Assembly (NCBI GenBank): GCA_041651055.1
Contig: JBAZJW010000001.1
Location: forward strand, 20,737-84,736
Reading direction: 5' to 3'
Source of the DNA: Minisyncoccota bacterium
GTDB lineage: Bacteria > Patescibacteriota > Minisyncoccia > Phycocordibacterales > UBA5272
Length of the DNA: 64,000 bases
Shown here piece after piece: positions 29,009-38,914 of the stretch. Each line of letters starts with the position of its first letter. Within the stretch, counting starts at the first letter, position 1. The notes under the pieces were generated by a model. The model did not search any database, was not told the DNA's origin, and saw only the letters and a list, made by a program, of their open reading frames with translations. A program made the translations under genes and the position numbers.

Positions 29009-31215
29009 TTCTTTTGATCCATTTTATGAGGATTATGCATTGGGCAGAGTTTATCGCTGCATCGTTCTGGAATTGTTTTGGTTCCCTCCATCATGAGTTC
29101 GCCGCATTCTGTTCCGTCTTCTTTTCTGTAGGTACAGCGATTGCCTGTTGGTCGTGTCTTGATAATGTGTTTACAGTCAGGATAATTTGAACATGAAAAG
29201 AAAATTCCAAAGCGACCTTTTCGTTCTTCCATGTAGCCGTCTTTACACTTATTACAGCTCACACCCGTTGAGTTTGCTTTTCGCATCTCTTCATCTTGTT
29301 CGATATATTTACACTTCGGATAGTTTGAACAGGCGATGAACTTGCCATACTTTCCTTCACGTTCCATCAGATCTCCTTTTTCACACTTTGGACATTTCTT
29401 ATCGAGTTTCTTTGGTCCTTCCATGACTTCACCATCCATCTTTCTCGCTCCCATACAATCTGGATAACGAATACATGAATAAAACTTTCCATTTTTGGCA
29501 AGCTTGATTACCATGTTCGCATCACACAGTGGACATTGCATTCCTTCTGGAGCGTCTCCCATGTTGGTTGCTTTCTCGAGACTTTCCTTTGACTTCACGT
29601 CTTTCAAAAATGGACCATAAAAGTCAGTGAGCGTTTTTAGGTATGTCGCTTTTCCATCCGCAATGGCGTCTAACTTATCTTCCATCTCAGCCGTGAAGGT
29701 ATCACTAATGTATGCTGCGAGATTATCTTCAAGGAACGAAATAACTACTTCACCGGTATCTGTCGGGTGCAATGCTTTGTTTACTTTTTCTACATAGCCA
29801 CGAGCTTCAATGGTTGAAAGAATAGATGCGTATGTCGAAGGTCGTCCGATGCCACGCTTTTCGAGTTCCTTCACGAGACCTGCTTCGGTGTAGCGGTTTG
29901 GTGGTTCGGTTGCTTTTTCGATGGCTTGCAAGGTTTTTAATATCAAATCATCGCCAACTTTTAATTCAGGCAAAAGGACGTCATCGCCGCGCGCATCTTG
30001 ATCTACTGTTAACCATCCAGGGAAAACAACAATAGAACCATTTACAGAAAAGTTCGGAATACTCTTCGAAGGAATATTCGCGATGACTTTACTACGCTTC
30101 AACTTCGCATCTTTCATTTGACTTGCGACGGTGCGTTCCCAGATGAGTGAATAGAGACGCTTTTCATCGTCTGTAGTACCTGCGCTTCGCGATGTGGCAT
30201 GCGTCGGACGGATAGCTTCATGGGCTTCCTGTGCGTTTTTTGATTTTGTTTTGTACTGACGCACCTCGAGCAATTCTTTTCCGTAATTTTTTTCGATGAC
30301 AGAACTTATTTCGGCAACAGCGACAGCAGAAATAGTCGTACTATCGGTACGCATGTAGGTGATGAGACCTTTTTCGTATAACTTTTGAGCGATACCCATC
30401 GTGCGAGATGGTGAATAGCCGAGACGAGATGACGCGGCTTGTTGAAGGGTCGATGTCGTAAATGGTGCTTTTGGTGAACGTGATACTTCGGTGCTTTCGA
30501 CAGACACAACTTCCCAGTTTGAATTCTTTCCTTCTTTTACAATTCTCTCTGCTTCCGCTTTTTCTTTTGGTTGTACTTCACATTCGAGAATGAGCGTGTA
30601 GGTTTTGCTTTCCTTCATGCGACCAACGGTTGTGTATTCACCCGCGATGACGTAGTAGGTGACAGGAATAAACGCGCGGATTTCACGTTCGCGTTCCATG
30701 ATGATGCGAAGTGCGGGGGACTGTACACGGCCAGCCGAAAGTCCGTAGCGTACTTTTTTCCAAATGATGCCAGAGAGATCATAGCCTACGAGACGGTCGA
30801 GCACGCGGCGCGCTTCTTGCGCTTCTTTCAAGTTCATGTCGATTTCTCGAGGGTGAAGCAACGCTTCTTTGATAGCTACTTCTGTGATTTCGTGGAAGGC
30901 GACACGCTTTGCACCTTTCAAATCGCACGCCTCTTGTATGTGCCACGCGATAGCCTCTCCTTCTCGGTCGGGGTCGGTTGCGAGAATGACTTCATTAGAT
31001 CGCTTGGCGAGAGCCTTGATATCCGCGATAACTTTTTCCTTCCCAGCACTCACTTCGTAATGAGGAATGAATCCGCCTTCGATATCCACGGCCTTCTTGT
31101 TACTCTTCGGCAGGTCTCTCACATGACCAATAGACGCACGCACTTCGTATGCACCGTCTAGATATTTTGCAATTGTTTTTGCCTTCGAAGGGCTTTCTAC
31201 GATGAGGAGTTTCAT
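29005..31215 (-). CDS. topA: DNA topoisomerase I with C-terminal C4 zinc ribbons
   Basis: Toprim plus topoisomerase IA core, 4 zinc-ribbon repeats. Confidence 0.95.
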   Translation of the reverse strand: MKLLIVESPSKAKTIAKYLDGAYEVRASIGHVRDLPKSNKKAVDIEGGFIPHYEVSAGKEKVIADIKALAKRSNEVILATDPDREGEAIAWHIQEACDLKGAKRVAFHEITEVAIKEALLHPREIDMNLKEAQEARRVLDRLVGYDLSGIIWKKVRYGLSAGRVQSPALRIIMEREREIRAFIPVTYYVIAGEYTTVGRMKESKTYTLILECEVQPKEKAEAERIVKEGKNSNWEVVSVESTEVSRSPKAPFTTSTLQQAASSRLGYSPSRTMGIAQKLYEKGLITYMRTDSTTISAVAVAEISSVIEKNYGKELLEVRQYKTKSKNAQEAHEAIRPTHATSRSAGTTDDEKRLYSLIWERTVASQMKDAKLKRSKVIANIPSKSIPNFSVNGSIVVFPGWLTVDQDARGDDVLLPELKVGDDLILKTLQAIEKATEPPNRYTEAGLVKELEKRGIGRPSTYASILSTIEARGYVEKVNKALHPTDTGEVVISFLEDNLAAYISDTFTAEMEDKLDAIADGKATYLKTLTDFYGPFLKDVKSKESLEKATNMGDAPEGMQCPLCDANMVIKLAKNGKFYSCIRYPDCMGARKMDGEVMEGPKKLDKKCPKCEKGDLMEREGKYGKFIACSNYPKCKYIEQDEEMRKANSTGVSCNKCKDGYMEERKGRFGIFFSCSNYPDCKHIIKTRPTGNRCTYRKEDGTECGELMMEGTKTIPERCSDKLCPMHNPHKMDQKK

Positions 31216-31345
31216 GGGTAGTAATTGGTCATTAGTTATTAGTAATTAGTTACGGAAATATGTTCGCATTCCATGTATAGTATCACATCACTGGGTGGAG
31301 GTTCATGTATTTACTAATGACTAATACCTATAAACTAATGACTAC
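31216..31345. repeat. TAATTAG-type heptamer arrays in inverted orientation spanning the topA-dprA intergenic region
   Basis: gggtagtaattggtcattagttattagtaattagtt ... aactaatgactaatacctataaactaatgactaccc. Confidence 0.65.
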
Positions 31346-31346
31346 C

Positions 31347-32231
31347 CTACACTATTCTTCGCACTTCGCCAAATGTTTCTTGTATGACACCTTTCATTTC
31401 GAGCGATGAAAGAGTGATGAGGAATGCAGTCGGAGTGAGCTCGCTTTTGATAAGTAGTAAATCTTTTTCGGTGGGTTCGATGAGAATATCGAGAATCTTT
31501 TTTTCTTGAGGTGAATAATCGTACGCTACTTCTTTTGTTTCTTTTTTTGAAAGATGAAGGAGGGCGTAGAGGTCCTCGGCGTTTGTGATACTGTACGCGC
31601 CGTCGCGGATGAGGAGATTGGTACCGGCGGATGTTGGGGAGAATATTTCTCCAGGGACGGCTCCGATATCGCGTCCGAGTTCGAGGCCTTGTCTTGAGGT
31701 GATGAGGGCACCAGACTTGTCAGACGCTTCGATAACAAGTATGGCGTCAGAAAGCGCAGCGACGATACGATTGCGTGAGGGGAATGTCCACTGTGCTGCG
31801 CCAGTTTCAGGTGGTAATTCTGAAATGAGTACACCGCCTGCTGTTACGATGTCAGAAGCGAGATGGACATGGGCACGAGGGTACAAAACTTTGTGATCGA
31901 GTCCACTTCCGGGGATGGCGATTGTTTGTATATTATTTTTGAGAGCGGACATGTGGGCTATACCATCGATACCGAGAGCGAGACCAGAAAGAATGACAAC
32001 TTCTTCGCCTGCCAGGTCTCGCAGTAATTTCTCGACAACATTTTTTCCATAGCTTGTATGTTTGCGCGAGCCGATGATAGAGAGAATGCGTGGTGTGGCT
32101 CTGCCGTACTCGTCGATGGTGATGTTGGGAAGGTCTCCTTCTATATAGAGTGTGTCGGGAATATCGTGAAGTTCGAGGAGGCGGGAGAGGAGGGGATGAT
32201 TTTGAAATTCATTTTGAGAAATGATATGCAT
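31347..32231 (-). CDS. dprA: DNA processing protein DprA/Smf
   Basis: Rossmann-like DprA core IGSRKHTSYG...LSGLALGIDG. Confidence 0.88.
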   Translation of the reverse strand: MHIISQNEFQNHPLLSRLLELHDIPDTLYIEGDLPNITIDEYGRATPRILSIIGSRKHTSYGKNVVEKLLRDLAGEEVVILSGLALGIDGIAHMSALKNNIQTIAIPGSGLDHKVLYPRAHVHLASDIVTAGGVLISELPPETGAAQWTFPSRNRIVAALSDAILVIEASDKSGALITSRQGLELGRDIGAVPGEIFSPTSAGTNLLIRDGAYSITNAEDLYALLHLSKKETKEVAYDYSPQEKKILDILIEPTEKDLLLIKSELTPTAFLITLSSLEMKGVIQETFGEVRRIV

Positions 32232-32258
32232 GGATTAAGTATAGCGTGAACTTGGATA

Positions 32259-32368
32259 AATTATTCACAACGATGTGTAAACCAAACGATGTATCCGCCT
32301 ACTGGCGGATCATCTCACTCTCCCGCCGTCGCGGTCCGAGAGTTGGTTTACACATCGTTGTGAATAAT
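32259..32368. repeat. MITE-like element: 26-bp perfect inverted repeat (ttattcacaacgatgtgtaaaccaa) around a 57-nt core with inner hairpin atccgcc-tact-ggcggat
   Basis: Perfect long IR in the 5' region of dprA. Confidence 0.6.
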
Positions 32369-32568
32369 CATTTTCAAAATTGAAGGGAGGGGTGAAGGGG
32401 CGCGGCTTTGGCCGCGCCCCAGGGGATACATACAATAAAAAACAGGGGCAACTGTTTCCGTGTACATCACTGGTGTGGTCTCGCGTTACGAGCCCAACTG
32501 TTTTGTATGCGGAAGCAAATTGCTCCTGCTATGATTTGTTGTCGCTGTTGTCTCAGCGTAGAAAGGTG

Positions 32569-32838
32569 TCAGTGTTTGGCCTCGTCTTTTTTGGCCTCTT
32601 CCTTCTTGGCTGCCGGCGGCGGAGACGACTTATTCCTGTTGATAAGGTAGACCGCCGTTCCGACCGCCATCATCGTGATACCTCCGGTAATGAGGGCCGG
32701 GTACTGCTGCGCAACCGGGCCGAACCACCCGAGACCCATCGCGAGTCCACCAAGGACTGAGAGGATTGCTCCTCCTGCTCCAAGGCCAATTCCGAAGATT
32801 TTCCCACCCGTTATCCCGCCACCGTGTGAATCGCTCAT
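32569..32838 (-). CDS. Glycine-zipper membrane protein
   Basis: GxxxG-rich TM segments; AAGGAG RBS. Confidence 0.55.
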   Translation of the reverse strand: MSDSHGGGITGGKIFGIGLGAGGAILSVLGGLAMGLGWFGPVAQQYPALITGGITMMAVGTAVYLINRNKSSPPPAAKKEEAKKDEAKH

Positions 32839-32862
32839 GCTTTTTCTCCTTAGAAATTTGAA

Positions 32863-33483
32863 TTACCGTGTGATGACACGGAAAAATCCGTTAACCACCT
32901 TCACCCCGAGTCCTTTCCCTGCGGCTTGTTCGAACCACTCCATTTGGCAGTTCTGTTCACCAGGAAAGATATCTCCACAGGAGTTCTGTGGATCGTCCAC
33001 CACAAAAATGTGGTAGTTGTGTGCAGCATACGCTGCCACACCAGTCACCTGGACATGACTGCACCCTGTCTCGTTGAATTCGAGGGTTCTGCCCCCCTCC
33101 AGATATTTCACTGGAGTGTTCAGAAACCCAATCCGTGTTTCCTCTGCGTTGTTGCAGGGGAATTGCACGATTGACCCATTGACGGGTGAAAAGGTTGTCG
33201 TTGCTGGTTTTGCCGGCTGAGTCGCCGCTGTTGCCACTACCGGCTCTTGACGATCCGGCAGTGGGGCACCTTTTGCTCCAAAGAGGCCGATCGATGACCC
33301 AGGATTTTGCAGAGCGATCTGCTTGGTTTTCTCCTCCTGGATCTTCCTCTCCTCGGTTTTTATCTGCTGCTGGACCACTTCGGGGTTTGGACCTTTTACA
33401 TATATGGCTATCGTTGCCAGTGTCCCTACTGAGCCGATAAATATAACGAGCGCAATCTGGAGATTTTTAACCCAATTACTCAT
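32863..33483 (-). CDS. Membrane-anchored secreted protein (TM, coiled coil, Pro-rich linker, Cys-containing domain); translationally coupled (ATGA) to the upstream gene
   Basis: Start MSNWVKNL overlaps the stop of 33480-34631; GC-rich. Confidence 0.5.
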   Translation of the reverse strand: MSNWVKNLQIALVIFIGSVGTLATIAIYVKGPNPEVVQQQIKTEERKIQEEKTKQIALQNPGSSIGLFGAKGAPLPDRQEPVVATAATQPAKPATTTFSPVNGSIVQFPCNNAEETRIGFLNTPVKYLEGGRTLEFNETGCSHVQVTGVAAYAAHNYHIFVVDDPQNSCGDIFPGEQNCQMEWFEQAAGKGLGVKVVNGFFRVITR

Positions 33484-34631
33484 GATATTTCCTTTCTTGG
33501 GTGTTCGATGTAAACCGTGACGATGTTTCCTGAAAACACCTCCACGTTGAAATATGCTCCGGGGTGACTTTTCGTCCACTCGAAGCAGTCGTCGGAGACC
33601 AATGCTACACATTTGTCACCGTCGAACTTTGTCGCATCCCATACGGTGAAGTTCTTCCCTTCGATCCTTATACGGAGAGGATTGACGGCAATCAGATTGC
33701 CATCAGTGCCTCTCGCGATGTCTCCAACAGCAAACGCGAAGAATTGGAAACTCGGATGAGCCCTTCCTTCTGCATCCACTATTGGGTCGTATGCATGGCC
33801 GTTGCTGTTGTCCAGCGTCAGACATGCACCAGTGTTCAGCAGGTGCCTTTCCCAGTTGGGGAAGGCACGCGTGTAATACCGACATGTCGTGAATGGCTTC
33901 ACAGGTGGACCTGTCGCCACCTGAGGGCTGGCCTCGGGTGCGACTTCGGATGTCGGTGCTTGTGCGACCGCAGCAGTGACGACAGGGGTTTGCATTTGAT
34001 TGCTTGCTCCAGTCATATGTTTGCTGTTGTTGTACACCACAAGTCCGATCGCTACTGCGATGCACAGCAGGACCATCATCACGCCGATAACTACGCGCGC
34101 GCTGACGCCCCCGCCAATTTCCTGCTCAACTTGTTTGTGGACAGGGGGCGGTGTTGCTTTCGGTTGTGTGACTCCACCTCGGATGGGATTCATTGGCGAA
34201 CCAATGCGGTAATGGGGATCACCACATCCTTCATTTCCATCTCCATCACGACCCCATCCACCCCCACTGCGTGGGGGTCTCGGGGGAGGGCTTCCACCTC
34301 GTGTCGCCATTTCCTCACGCATTCTGGCAAACATTGCGTAAGTATCGGCATCTTTCTTGGCGGCGTCAGCGACAGCCTTTTGGCGCCTTTTTTGATCGGC
34401 GTCGTAAGCTTCCTGTTCCCTCTTACTCTTCTCCTTCTTTTCTTTGTCTGAAGGAGTTGGGGTGGGGGTCGCAGGTGTAACCGGCCTCTCCTTTTTCGGG
34501 GGAGGTGCAGTCACTGTTGGTGGTGTAACCTTCGGAATCGGTGACTCCTTCGGATTTCCACCAAGCAACTTCATCAGTTGACGTGTTGCCCAGCTGTCCA
34601 TCTTTGGATCTATCTTTTTCAGATCAGCCAT
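33480..34631 (-). CDS. Bitopic membrane protein with Pro/Lys-rich cytoplasmic N-terminus and Cys-containing extracytoplasmic domain
   Basis: Single central TM VVIGVMMVLLCIAVAIGLVVY; GC-rich. Confidence 0.55.
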   Translation of the reverse strand: MADLKKIDPKMDSWATRQLMKLLGGNPKESPIPKVTPPTVTAPPPKKERPVTPATPTPTPSDKEKKEKSKREQEAYDADQKRRQKAVADAAKKDADTYAMFARMREEMATRGGSPPPRPPRSGGGWGRDGDGNEGCGDPHYRIGSPMNPIRGGVTQPKATPPPVHKQVEQEIGGGVSARVVIGVMMVLLCIAVAIGLVVYNNSKHMTGASNQMQTPVVTAAVAQAPTSEVAPEASPQVATGPPVKPFTTCRYYTRAFPNWERHLLNTGACLTLDNSNGHAYDPIVDAEGRAHPSFQFFAFAVGDIARGTDGNLIAVNPLRIRIEGKNFTVWDATKFDGDKCVALVSDDCFEWTKSHPGAYFNVEVFSGNIVTVYIEHPRKEIS

Positions 34632-34910
34632 GGCTGGCCTCCTTTCTAAATTTGTTTGTTAATGAACCGTTTCTTTTAGACTCTTGTGTTCCCACAGGAA
34701 TCCCTTGTTCGTAATACTACAGTATTATAGAGATGTGTCAAGGGTGATTTGGAAAATCAGGAATGATGATTTTTGACCTCTCGTATGGCAAAAAAATACA
34801 CACAAGAGCACGTGGTATTGGTTTGTCTACTTTGTTTCTACACCACTACTTGCTACTATTTATATAAATCTTATCGTCCCGATAAGAACGCACTTTGAAG
34901 GAGACACATC

Positions 34911-35633
34911 ATGGGACAAATGATTGATGGTTACCGTCGTGCAAAAGGGGAAGCGTTAGGGAACGCTGCTGGTTCAACCCCGATGCTATTTCGAGATTGG
35001 TTGATAAACATCGGCTACATCGCTTCCTTAATTTGGGGGCTTGGGACCGCTTTTTCTTTACAACCTGTACCACAAACTGAACATGTTTTCACGGAATTCG
35101 TGAGACGGTTTGGAATCGAGGGAACGTTTCCCTTTATGTTCACGCTGCTTGCGTTCTGTCTGTCTGGAATAATCTACGGATTCATTCTGGTTATGCGAGA
35201 ATCAGGTAGCGATCTTGGTGATACAGGTAACGCCTTCATGTATTTGTCTTTCTCGTGTGTGTCTTATTCACTCATGTATGATTGCGCATATCAGATTGGT
35301 AATCACTGTACACCACTAGGTTACGGATGTGAGAATTTTTCGAACACTGCGTGGTGGTTTGGTATGAGTGCTGCTGTCGTGTATATTTTGCGTGAAGCAT
35401 CAATGCCTTTACCAGGGGAGAAGGCGGTGATTATGTGGAATGGTAGACCTATACGGGTCGTGCAAAATGGAGGCATCCTTTTTATACCCGGAGCGCCTAT
35501 TCCACACAATCTTTATGTTTTTCTCAAAACTCTCGGGCGAGGTGCTGTTCACTTTATGTGGCATTGTCACATTGAAGAAGACGGACGGCACAATCCGAAG
35601 ATGGTGGTTCATCGTCATCGTTTTGAAGAATGA
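34911..35633 (+). CDS. Polytopic membrane protein, hypothetical
   Basis: Multiple hydrophobic helices; terminator follows. Confidence 0.55.
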   Translation: MGQMIDGYRRAKGEALGNAAGSTPMLFRDWLINIGYIASLIWGLGTAFSLQPVPQTEHVFTEFVRRFGIEGTFPFMFTLLAFCLSGIIYGFILVMRESGSDLGDTGNAFMYLSFSCVSYSLMYDCAYQIGNHCTPLGYGCENFSNTAWWFGMSAAVVYILREASMPLPGEKAVIMWNGRPIRVVQNGGILFIPGAPIPHNLYVFLKTLGRGAVHFMWHCHIEEDGRHNPKMVVHRHRFEE

Positions 35634-35652
35634 ACATTGTTTCTTTGAAGGA

Positions 35653-35680
35653 AGTGCGATCGTAAGATCGCATTTTTTTG
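35653..35680 (+). terminator. Rho-independent terminator (tgcgatc-gtaa-gatcgca-ttttttt)
   Basis: Hairpin plus T-run. Confidence 0.8.
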
Positions 35681-35794
35681 ATTTGGAACTTTCTCACTTC
35701 GTGAGATGCGGGTGGGATTTTCCGACAAATCTTTTTGAGTCTCATGACATGATTTACTAATCAGCCGTCGCTCACTATTCCATCTTTTGGAAAG

Positions 35795-35866
35795 TGGGAT
35801 TTGGTCACAGAACCTGTTCTTCACTTTGTTCAGAACAGATGGTTCCGCGACCCCTATTCAAATCCC
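35795..35866 (-). repeat. tRNA-linked hairpin element copy E6 (downstream of tRNA-Cys; GGGATTTG-AATAGGGGTCGCGG...GTGACCAAATCCCAC)
   Basis: Same architecture as E2/E3; 3' arm CAAATCCCAC equals the tRNA-Cys T-arm 3' strand. Confidence 0.6.
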
Positions 35867-35892
35867 AACAGAAGCCAAGCAGTTGGCTTCTT

Positions 35893-35936
35893 CCCGCGTC
35901 TCAAAAAACGCTTCGCTTATTTTTTTGAGACGCGGG
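35893..35936 (-). terminator. Hairpin formed between the tRNA-Cys 3' end and an inverted copy 24 nt downstream (cccgcgtctc-A/T-rich loop-gagacgcggg)
   Basis: 16-nt perfect inverted repeat incorporating the tRNA acceptor 3' strand. Confidence 0.5.
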
Positions 35937-36001
35937 TGGGATTTGAACCCACGAATGACGGTTTTGCAAACCGTAGCGTTAAACCACTTCGCCACCGCGT
36001 C
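35928..36001 (-). tRNA. tRNA-Cys(GCA), no encoded CCA
   Basis: Acceptor gacgcgg/ccgcgtc, anticodon loop ttGCAaa, T-loop ttcaaat; hand-folded (D-arm atypical). Confidence 0.7.
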
Positions 36002-36247
36002 TTATTATTTTATTTTTTATTAATTTACAGTTTAATTTTAATCACTGTTATGATTAATTTCAATCTTAGCACGCTTGTGGAACCACTAGCATCCTTCGAT
36101 TACTATCTCCGGATGTCTTCGCAACCAAGTTGCTCGAGCTACCGCGTCTTATGTTCTTTCTTTCAAAAGTTTTTTCATTCTACCATATTTATGAAAAGGA
36201 CTCTAGAAAAAAAAGACATAACGTGGTATAGTATTCTCCGTATATAT

Positions 36248-36320
36248 GCCCCTATAGCTCAGCTGGTAGAGCATCGGACTCTTAATCCGCAGGTCGTAGG
36301 TTCGATCCCTACTGGGGGCA
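36248..36320 (+). tRNA. tRNA-Lys(CTT), no encoded CCA
   Basis: Acceptor gccccta/tgggggc, D-stem gctc/gagc, anticodon loop ctCTTaa, T-loop ttcgatc. Confidence 0.8.
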
Positions 36321-36324
36321 CAAT

Positions 36325-36368
36325 AATGAAAATACTCCACATGTAATCCTGTGGAGTATTTTCATTAT
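36325..36368 (+). terminator. 17-bp hairpin terminator after tRNA-Lys
   Basis: aatgaaaatactccaca-tgtaatcc-tgtggagtattttcatt. Confidence 0.7.
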
Positions 36369-36379
36369 CAGTGACAACA

Positions 36380-36473
36380 GAGCACATGAACTGCTTCATG
36401 TGCGTAAGGGATCGAATAGGGGTCGCGAAACTACTTCGAGCAAAGCGAGGTAGTTTTGTGACCGATCCCTACC
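36380..36473 (+). repeat. tRNA-linked hairpin element copy E2 with leading 9-bp hairpin GCACATGAA-ctg-TTCATGTGC; outer stem GGGATCG/CGATCCC, bulge AATAGG, 17-bp inner stem with 3 G:U pairs
   Basis: 3' arm CGATCCCTAC equals the tRNA-Lys T-arm; near-identical leader plus element recurs at 52562-52667. Confidence 0.65.
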
Positions 36474-36592
36474 TTAGAATAGTATGATGGTTAGCGCAAG
36501 TAGTAACTCGTGACCACAAGGTTCTTACTTTTGTTTGTTGTTGATCCCTATTTAAAAATCCCACCCACGTCTCCCAGGTGCTATACTTTCTC

Positions 36593-37196
36593 TATGTCCA
36601 CACTAAAAAAATATTTTCCACACGTATTACTTTTTGCATACATCGTAGAGTTCATTGTTTTAGCTATTCATCCATACGATAGAGCTGTATGGCTAACAGA
36701 AAATCTCACAGTACTTCCCATTGTTCTTGTCCTCGTTATTCTCTATTACAAGAATGTACGTTTTTCAATGGTGTCCTATGCGCTTATGAGTGTGCTTATT
36801 TTTATGCACACATGGGGAGGACATTACACATTCGCACTCGTACCTTTTGATTGGTTTAATAATTTCTTTGGCTTTGAAAGAAATATGTATGATCGTGTCG
36901 CGCATGCGACTGTCGGATTTTATGCATATCCAATGATAGAGGCTCTCATTAGATATAAAGTGGTCAATAAAAAGTGGTTTGCATACTTGGCGGCCTTTAG
37001 TATTATTCCTGCACTTGCGGCTTTTTATGAAATGTTTGAATGGAGATATGCTATCGGAGGCGATCCAGAAGCTGGCCTTGCTGTACTCGGATCTCAAGGG
37101 GACATATGGGACGCACAGAAGGATATGCTCATGGATACACTTGGTGGATTATTTGCAACAGTGCTCTTTTTTGTGCTCAATAGAAATAAGAAGTAA
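36593..37196 (+). CDS. Polytopic membrane protein, hypothetical
   Basis: Start MSTLKKYF; 5-6 TM helices. Confidence 0.55.
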
Positions 37197-37227
37197 AGAT
37201 GTGGTAGAATACTACCTACAAAACCCT

Positions 37228-37309
37228 GCCCGGGTGATGGAATGGTAGACATAGAGGACTTAAAATCCTCAGCGCGTTTGCGCGTGCGGGTTCGAGTCCC
37301 GCCCTGGGC
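37228..37309 (+). tRNA. tRNA-Leu(TAA), no encoded CCA; integration target
   Basis: Acceptor gcccggg/cctgggc, anticodon loop ctTAAaa, hairpin variable arm, T-loop ttcgagt. Confidence 0.85.
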
Positions 37310-38867
37310 ACAAGACAGGACAATCTGGTACGAAAGTATCAGATTTTCCTTTTTTAGCAGTACTTTTACGTGGTTCGAAATTATTTTGACTATCTATTTT
37401 CTGTTGAACCCTTTGAGCGAGTACTTCAACTGGCCTCTTTAATAATGACAACACTTTTTCATCTTTAAGAGTGATGTTCGAAAAAATATGAGATAAAAGA
37501 GTTCTTCTTTCTTCGGGTGTTCTTTTCTTATAGATTTCCTCCGCTCGAAAAGCAAGATCCAAAATGTTTAACCATATTTCAAAATACCTAGTTTCTATAT
37601 TTTTAATTTTTGATATTTGCTCCTGAATACCTTGCTGCTCTTTGTTAATTTCGGTCTGTCTCTTTTCCCATGTGTCGGTACTAATCTTCTGGTCTAATCT
37701 ATCGTTATACAGTATGTCTAGACGGCTCTGTAATTGAATGTAGCGAGCGTTTAGTGTCTTGAGGGTGTTTTCTTTGTATTCTATTTCTTGAATATGGTTT
37801 GCCTTAATTTTCTCCTTTATACGTTCGGCTTCTTCAGGTTTTATATTCTTAAAGAAATTAAAAACTCCTAAAAGTTGCTCTTCAATTTTTGATTCTGGGG
37901 TATATGGTTTCTGTGTACACTCGTTATAGTGATTACAATGATAGTAGACAATACCCTTCTGTATTTCTGCGGTAATCGTACCATTGCACTCGCCACACTT
38001 CATCATTTTCTTAAATTGAAAATTATGTTTACTGTATGAAGGAGTAAGTTTTCCTCTTTTCACTGATTGTGCTTTATCAAATAGTTCTTTTGTAATTATC
38101 GGCTCATGTTTTGCTTCTGGGTAAAGTACATCATTCCAGACCATCGCACCATAATAAAAAGGTTCATTGAGAATCCTCTCTATTCTACTTTTTGCTAACT
38201 TTCTACCTGCACGAGTTCTGAAGCCCTCTTTATATAATTGCTGACGTACTGCTTCCATTGAGTGATTACTACTAGAATACAACTCAAATGCTTTCTTTAT
38301 AAAAGGAGCAACCGATGTATCGATGACATGTGTCTTGTGGCCTTTATCTCCAACTGTTTGGTAACCAAGAGGGGATCTGGTTGGTAACCATCCTTGAGCA
38401 AGTTTCTCTGCTTGCCCCTTGCGTACCTCTTCAGAAAGATTTGAAATATATTTCTTGGCTAGGACAATTTCAATATCCCAACGAAACTTTTCATCAGATT
38501 TAGCGTTTTTATGAATAATAAGGTTCTGTTTAACAAAGTGTATTTTTCTTTGATCATCTTCATCGATCCAATCGTTTGCAACTACTGCTTCTTTCAAATT
38601 ACGCGTAAGGCGGTCTACTTTTTCTACTATAAGGTTTTTAACCTTGTTTTTATCTATATATTCCATCATTTCAGCAAAAACTTTTCTCTGTTTTGTTCCG
38701 CTTGCGCTTTCAGCGACAGAGAATACTTTGTTAACTGTAAAACCCTTGCGATTCGCATATTCTTTTAATAACTTCTCTTGTGAAGGTAGTGAGTACCCGG
38801 TCTCTTCTTGTTCCTTTGTTGAAACTCTACAATAGAGAACTGAGTTATTAGTATCAATGTTTTTCAT
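37269..38867 (-). CDS. Large serine recombinase (integrase); C-terminus overlaps the tRNA-Leu(TAA) 3' end
   Basis: Resolvase-type N-terminal domain with catalytic [10 protein letters not shown], recombinase and zinc-ribbon regions, coiled-coil tail. Confidence 0.85.
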   Translation of the reverse strand: MKNIDTNNSVLYCRVSTKEQEETGYSLPSQEKLLKEYANRKGFTVNKVFSVAESASGTKQRKVFAEMMEYIDKNKVKNLIVEKVDRLTRNLKEAVVANDWIDEDDQRKIHFVKQNLIIHKNAKSDEKFRWDIEIVLAKKYISNLSEEVRKGQAEKLAQGWLPTRSPLGYQTVGDKGHKTHVIDTSVAPFIKKAFELYSSSNHSMEAVRQQLYKEGFRTRAGRKLAKSRIERILNEPFYYGAMVWNDVLYPEAKHEPIITKELFDKAQSVKRGKLTPSYSKHNFQFKKMMKCGECNGTITAEIQKGIVYYHCNHYNECTQKPYTPESKIEEQLLGVFNFFKNIKPEEAERIKEKIKANHIQEIEYKENTLKTLNARYIQLQSRLDILYNDRLDQKISTDTWEKRQTEINKEQQGIQEQISKIKNIETRYFEIWLNILDLAFRAEEIYKKRTPEERRTLLSHIFSNITLKDEKVLSLLKRPVEVLAQRVQQKIDSQNNFEPRKSTAKKGKSDTFVPDCPVLCPGRDSNPHAQTR

Positions 38868-38914
38868 ATATTTATTTTATCATTTTTAGTTTGATTGTCG
38901 TACAACGATATTCT

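Noticed and set aside
35801-36346. 181-aa plus-strand ORF spanning tRNA-Cys and tRNA-Lys
   Set aside because: It runs through two tRNA genes and the AT-rich intergenic region and is clearly spurious.
37269-37309. Apparent overlap of the integrase C-terminus with tRNA-Leu(TAA) as an annotation error
   Set aside because: The overlap is retained. The ORF reads antisense through the tRNA 3' end for 13 codons before the first stop, as is common for integrases abutting att sites. The exact C-terminus is uncertain.
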